Below, one piece after another: positions 58,651 through 64,000 of a stretch of 64,000 nt of DNA. The first letter of the stretch is position 1; each line of letters opens with the position of its first letter. Origin of the DNA: Eledone cirrhosa (taxonomy: Eukaryota). The DNA lies in NCBI GenBank assembly GCA_964016885.1, contig OZ024743.1, positions 1,426,001-1,490,000 on the forward strand, written 5' to 3'. The notes beneath the pieces were generated by a model that was not told the DNA's origin, searched no databases, and saw nothing but the letters and a program-made list of their open reading frames with translations. Made by a program: the position numbers and the translations under genes.

Positions 58651-59512
58651 CATTCTCTATTAATATATCTGAATTCAACGAATTGTGTCGTTCGGTGTTT
58701 AAGTGATTTAGAGAACTACCAGAATAAATTACACATAATAAGAATCTGTTTAGTAAAGATAAGAGAAATAAACCTGAACTTCATATTCAGGATTGAAAAG
58801 CTTTTCCTAAATCTCTATTAATATATCTGAATTCAACCGAATTGTGTCGTTCAACATAAAACCTTCGGTTCAGTAGGTACTGATGATATTGATCTTTTCT
58901 TCTTTTCGGGTTATAGCTACTGTCTGTATACATATATGTATGTACGTGTACATACTTATATTTAAGTAACAGCCGTACTAAGAGTGGGAAATGAAATTTC
59001 GTTTCATTTTTTGCGTTTATCGTTTTCGGTGCACCCGGCCGATTAACCCACTCGATATGCAAATTAGGCTGCTCAGCCGTTAATATGCATAAGAAAAGTA
59101 TATACTTTCAGACGTTCAATTATCTGGCAGGAAGGTATACGTTGCTGACGATAGCTAATAAGCTTAAAACTAGTACAGCGTTCCTTTGTCAGTGTTGAAC
59201 AAACGAGCAACGATGGTTGCTAGACACTACGGCTTAATATGGGATGTTTGTTTACAAACACACCGAGCATTATAACAAATGTTCGGTGAATCCATACGTA
59301 CATATATATATATGTGTGCATGTATGTATATATATATACATACTACTGTAGGTCTGTATACATATATGTATGTACGTATACATACTTATATATGTATATA
59401 CTGTATAGATATACTGTATATATATATGTCTTCTTTTATTGTCACCTAGTTTATTTTCATGCTTGCTGAAAGAAAAATAATTAGACATTAAGTAGGAGTA
59501 AATTGAACAAAC

Positions 59513-59539
<27 letters not shown>

Positions 59540-59562
<23 letters not shown>

Positions 59563-60021
59563 TAAACGGAATAGAAAATGCTGACAAATTGTTCACAGTT
59601 GAAAAATGGTTTAATTAGGAATAAAAGAGTATTAGTGATTGTATGGGTTAGTATTCAGTTGTGGTTTTAAGTTTTTAAGTTTTTACCGGTTGCGCATTTC
59701 TAAATGCTTTTCAAAAATAATTTTGAGATAGAGTGTCCGTGCTGTTTGCTCTGATCTGATTAGTTTTGGGAATTCTACTTGTTTTTATGTTAAAAAAGTG
59801 GCTCCAATTTGCAAAAATTCTTGTGGTCAAAACAATTTTGATTGGTCGGTAGATGTCATGTGAATGTAAGAAATTGATTTTGCGCCAAGACTGTTTTTAT
59901 GTTAAAAAAGTGGCTCCAGCAAAAATTCTTGTGGTCAAAACAATTTTGATTGGTCGGTAGAGGTCATGTGAATAAAAAATTGGTTTTGCGCCAAGATTGA
60001 GAAATGACTCTTTCACAACAA

Positions 60022-60109
<88 letters not shown>

Positions 60110-60190
60110 TAGTAGTAGTAGTAGTAGTAGTAAGGTGTTCGATGTTGTCATAATGGTTAGCAGCGATGTGTGTCAAATGGCTATTAAGAT

Positions 60191-60275
<85 letters not shown>

Positions 60276-60473
60276 GCAGAGTGATTCATGGTGGCAGGGA
60301 TGGTCAGTAAGAATGTGTTTGAAAGCAATGGGGGGTATTTTAGCATGTCAAAAGATATTTTTCAGCTTTTGTCTTATACGGAGAAGTGCGTGTGTGTGTG
60401 TGTATATATAAGTCTCTTTGTATGTTGATGTACGCGTGTGTATGGTATGTGTGTGTGTGTATATATATGTGTG

Positions 60474-60528
<55 letters not shown>

Positions 60529-60671
60529 ACCAGTATTTGTTTCCCCCTGGTAAAATGGTGTACATTATTCGATTTTTTCAGTAAAATCGGTTCTCTTAAT
60601 AGAACATCAAAAATCTTAACAATAAAAGGTGTGAAATGATATTCACTATATATATATACACATACATATAT

Positions 60672-60707
<36 letters not shown>

Positions 60708-61520
60708 CACATATATACATACATATATGCACATATATTTTTTTGTGTTGCACCATAGAGCATGTGTGTTTACGTATGTCATTGTGTTTATATGTGGGTA
60801 GAGATGTATGCTGATGTAGGTATGTATGTTGACGTGTGTATGTTGTGGGTTCGTCTTAGGGAGAAGTGTTTAGACGGGGTCCGTATTTGTTAATGAAGTA
60901 AGATTCCTTGCTGATGCGCTGGGTGTGGGTGGCATTATCTTTAAATTTGTAGAGGGGAAAGATTCTGAAGTTGGGATGATTTTGGGCAGCACAGGTATCA
61001 ATGTGTTCACTCAGTGGTATTTTCCTGTATTCCAGTATTTTAATTTGGGATCTATGGACAGTCATGCGTTGGCGGAGGCTGTTTTTGGTCTGGCCTATGT
61101 ATTGTTCTCGACAACCTGAACAAGTTAATACATATATTAGATTTTCCGATGCACATGTGAAATTGTGTTTTACTATAAAACGTTGTCCATCTTTGAAATA
61201 GAATTCCGAACCCTCTATTAGGTTGATGCAAATGCCACAGTTGGGTCTATCGCATTTTTTTACTGTGGATTTCGTTGTTGTGGTTGGCAGTACTTTGGCA
61301 TGTGTTAAGATGTTTTTCATTGACTTGGATTGTCTTTTGCTCTTTATGATATCATGTGTTCGTAGAATTTGGTTCATTCTATGGTCCTTTTTCAATACAG
61401 GGATGTTCTGGAGGATGGTGTCAAAGGCCTCATTGTTGAGGGGGTTGTGTGTGGAGATGTATGGAAGAGCTTTTATCGCTGCTAACCATTATCACAACAT
61501 CGAACACCTTACTACTACTA

Positions 61521-61570
<50 letters not shown>

Positions 61571-61630
61571 TTGTTGTGGAAGAGTCATTTCTCAATCTTG
61601 GCGCAAAACCAATTTTTTATTCACATGACC
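59540..61630 (-). mobile_element. 5'-truncated second copy of the same PLE family
   Basis: 60856-61475 is nearly identical to the GIY-YIG end of the large ORF. 59540-60570 matches 53595-54530. 61476-61630 is an inverted pLTR piece at the truncation point. Confidence 0.92.
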
Positions 61631-61944
61631 TCAAAATTTTGGATAATGGCTCTCTAAAGAGTCCAAGTTATATTTGACTAATAGCTATCTTAAACAAGTT
61701 TCTTGAATTCTTAAGTGAAATTTTTCACAATTGAAATTTCCTATACTACGTACATTATCACTAACAACTTTCAGAATAAATAGAAAGCCAGCTAGGGTTT
61801 GTTTTATGACAAGGAACATGATATTCACTGACTCAAGTCACTTACGTTCCATTGAAAAAGTAAAGAAAAAAAGTAGAAACAATTATATAATTAACGATGT
61901 TTTAATTAACTTAGAGACGATTTCAAATATCTCCGTATAAAATA

Positions 61945-62161
61945 ATGATTTCTAGCATAGGCACATAGCCAGTAATTTGGGGGAGGGGAAAGTCGATTAA
62001 ATCGATCCCAGTACGTTACTGGTGCTTTATTTTATCGACCCCGTAAGGATGAAAGGTAAAGCTAACCTCGGCGGGATTTGAACTCAGGCCGTAAATGGCC
62101 GTAACTCTATGCTACAAGTTATGGTCTCCGACTCTCTACCGATACTGCCAATCCACCGCCC
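61945..62161 (-). mobile_element. SINE family A copy with TSD
   Basis: Same body; tatctccgtataaaataat repeated on both sides (61928-61946 and 62163-62181). Confidence 0.85.
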
Positions 62162-62763
62162 TTATCTCCGTATAAAATAATAAAAAATTAAGTTTGCTTG
62201 ATAGTCTTGTTAGATTTAATTCATGGAAAGTAGAATTACATACATTGATATCTTTGAAGGGTTTAAGTATCGAATATCTAAATAATGATTTCAAAGGAAA
62301 ACAAAACATTTCTTTCTAATTATATTTTGTGAAAAGCTTTTATTTCAAATATGTTCAGCAAATATGTTCAGCTTTTCTAACATAAAGCGAAAGTTGAAGC
62401 ATTTTTTCCAGACCAGTTTCATTTATTCCGAATAGATAGGAGCTGAAAGATAAAAAAGAAAACCAGTTTAGCGAAACAAGCAATCAAAATGGTAGAATGC
62501 AGTATGTGAATTATTCAAGTATATTTGACCAATGAATTTTCTCCACACGTTCTTGCAATGTTATCAGATAATATAAAGTACCATCATGCACCGACGCATC
62601 AACATGTCCATGTGATAATGTATTAAATATATACTCCGAATCACCTTATCTGTATCATAACCATAGCTAGAATTTAGCAATATTAATTACAATGACAACA
62701 ACACATGTAAAAAGAACCTTTCTATTATTTGCAAAATAAATCAGGGAGATATGATAGACTTAC

Positions 62764-62979
62764 CAACAAAAGTTTTCTTCTCATCCCCTTCAAGTTGAAA
62801 TTCAGTTCTAGTAGAAATCAAAATTCTACATCTTCCTTCAAGATTTGCATAATCAAACGCAGCACACTTTTTCTGTAAACATTTCGCTTTACATAATTCT
62901 TTCGTGGTTATCCCTTTGCTCTCTTCTATAGAACGACACTTAATAATTGAAGCTCCATTTATTACCACAATTTTTGTCA
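62764..62979 (-). CDS. PAN/apple-like domain exon of an oppositely oriented paralog
   Basis: tttaaAG | TKIVVINGASIIKCRSIEESKGITTKELCKAKCLQKKCAAFDYANLEGRCRIL...TFV | GTAAGT; 216 bp; CxxxC..C.AF.Y...C.L pattern. Confidence 0.82.
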
Positions 62980-63224
62980 CTTTAAACACAAAGAAAAAGA
63001 AATTATTCAATAGGTAACCAAAATCAATTGCAAATTTGAAATATACACATAAAACATGTTAGTAGTATAACGCAAGTCAGCCAATGGCATGAATTAAAAT
63101 AACTTAGATAGGTGCTGGTATACTAAGTGACGCGCGAAAAAATTAGTTGAAGAATGAAACGAAGATACGACTTTGTATTTCACCGAGAGATATCTTAGAA
63201 AGGTATTTTCAGTCCCCAAGGGTA

Positions 63225-63920
63225 CCTTACTCAACTTTTTCAATTGCAATTTAATTGCAATTTAATAGTTATCAACTGTACACGTTTAAATTTTAAAATA
63301 CTGTGCGAACATAATAGATTAAGGGGTTTACAAGCAATTCAGATGCTATATAGAAGAAAGACTCTGAATAAGCTAAGCAGTACAGTTTTAGTTGACCTGA
63401 GCAAGATACTTTGTCACAGAGAATGCAAAGCAATTAAGCAGGTAGTCGATGTTATTATTTTATTTATATGGGAATTACACAAACAGGTCTCCTTTTTTAA
63501 TCAGATCCCTGTCCGCAGATCTCTAAATTCAGTTTTCTTCAAAAAGATTCTATGAAGGGCCTTTTCATTCAGCTTGTTCTTCTTTTATCAGTGGAAATAG
63601 AGTTCTCCGTCTCTGTTTTTAACTTTAGGATAGTAGCCCAAGAAGAAAACAGCTTCTCTGTGGCTCTGATAATAATGTCTGGGACTTTAGCAAGTCGGAG
63701 GGCCTCTATCACCCAAGAGTGGGGAACAGAATTAAATGCTTTCCTGTAGTCCAGCCAGACTGTAGCCATATTTCTCCTAACTTGTCGCACCTTTGACATC
63801 GCAGTTTTGTTAATTAATGTTCAGCACACACCCCAAACTCCTTTCTTTCCAGCTGCTTGTTCATCTGTGATGATGACATTACTGTTGGGGTGATCTTGAA
63901 GAAATAGGTTCAGACAGGCT
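63225..63920 (-). mobile_element. Degenerate non-LTR RT fragment (R4/NeSL-like) with duplicated 3' segment
   Basis: WLDYRKAFNSVPHSWVIEAL; ~80-bp direct repeat at 63226-63315 and 63919-63997. Confidence 0.65.
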
Positions 63921-64000
63921 TACTCTACTTTTTCAATTGCAATTTAATAGTTATCAACTGTACACGTTTAAATGTTAAAATACTGTGAGAACATAAATAC

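Overview
AT-rich, microsatellite-dense animal genomic DNA. An octopus/coleoid origin is inferred from repeat style and SINE types, not proven. Most ORF-track entries are (TA)n/(CA)n artefacts. Host coding content on the + strand is a series of phase-1 exons for secreted matrix-type proteins: seven intact 114-bp EGF exons, one dead EGF exon and two 561-bp VWA exons (about 1.5-28.7 kb). These are followed by PAN/apple, linker and VWA exons (38.5-57.1 kb) carrying two in-frame TAA stops. An intact paralogous PAN exon lies on the - strand at 62.8-63.0 kb. Introns are packed with retroelements: a near-complete Penelope-like element (PLE; RT + GIY-YIG, 46.7-54.6 kb), other PLE remnants, RTE LINEs and tRNA-derived SINEs. 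Top findings: (1) many unrelated short (TA)n-embedded elements share one architecture of type I hammerhead ribozyme, a GAGTRCT motif near the 3' end and frequent fold-back duplication; (2) two hammerheads have a compensatory U3-A8 core; (3) the PLE appears to have a coiled-coil ORF1 joined to RT-EN through an in-frame T TTT TTA -1 slippery site. Repeat boundaries were read by eye and are approximate.
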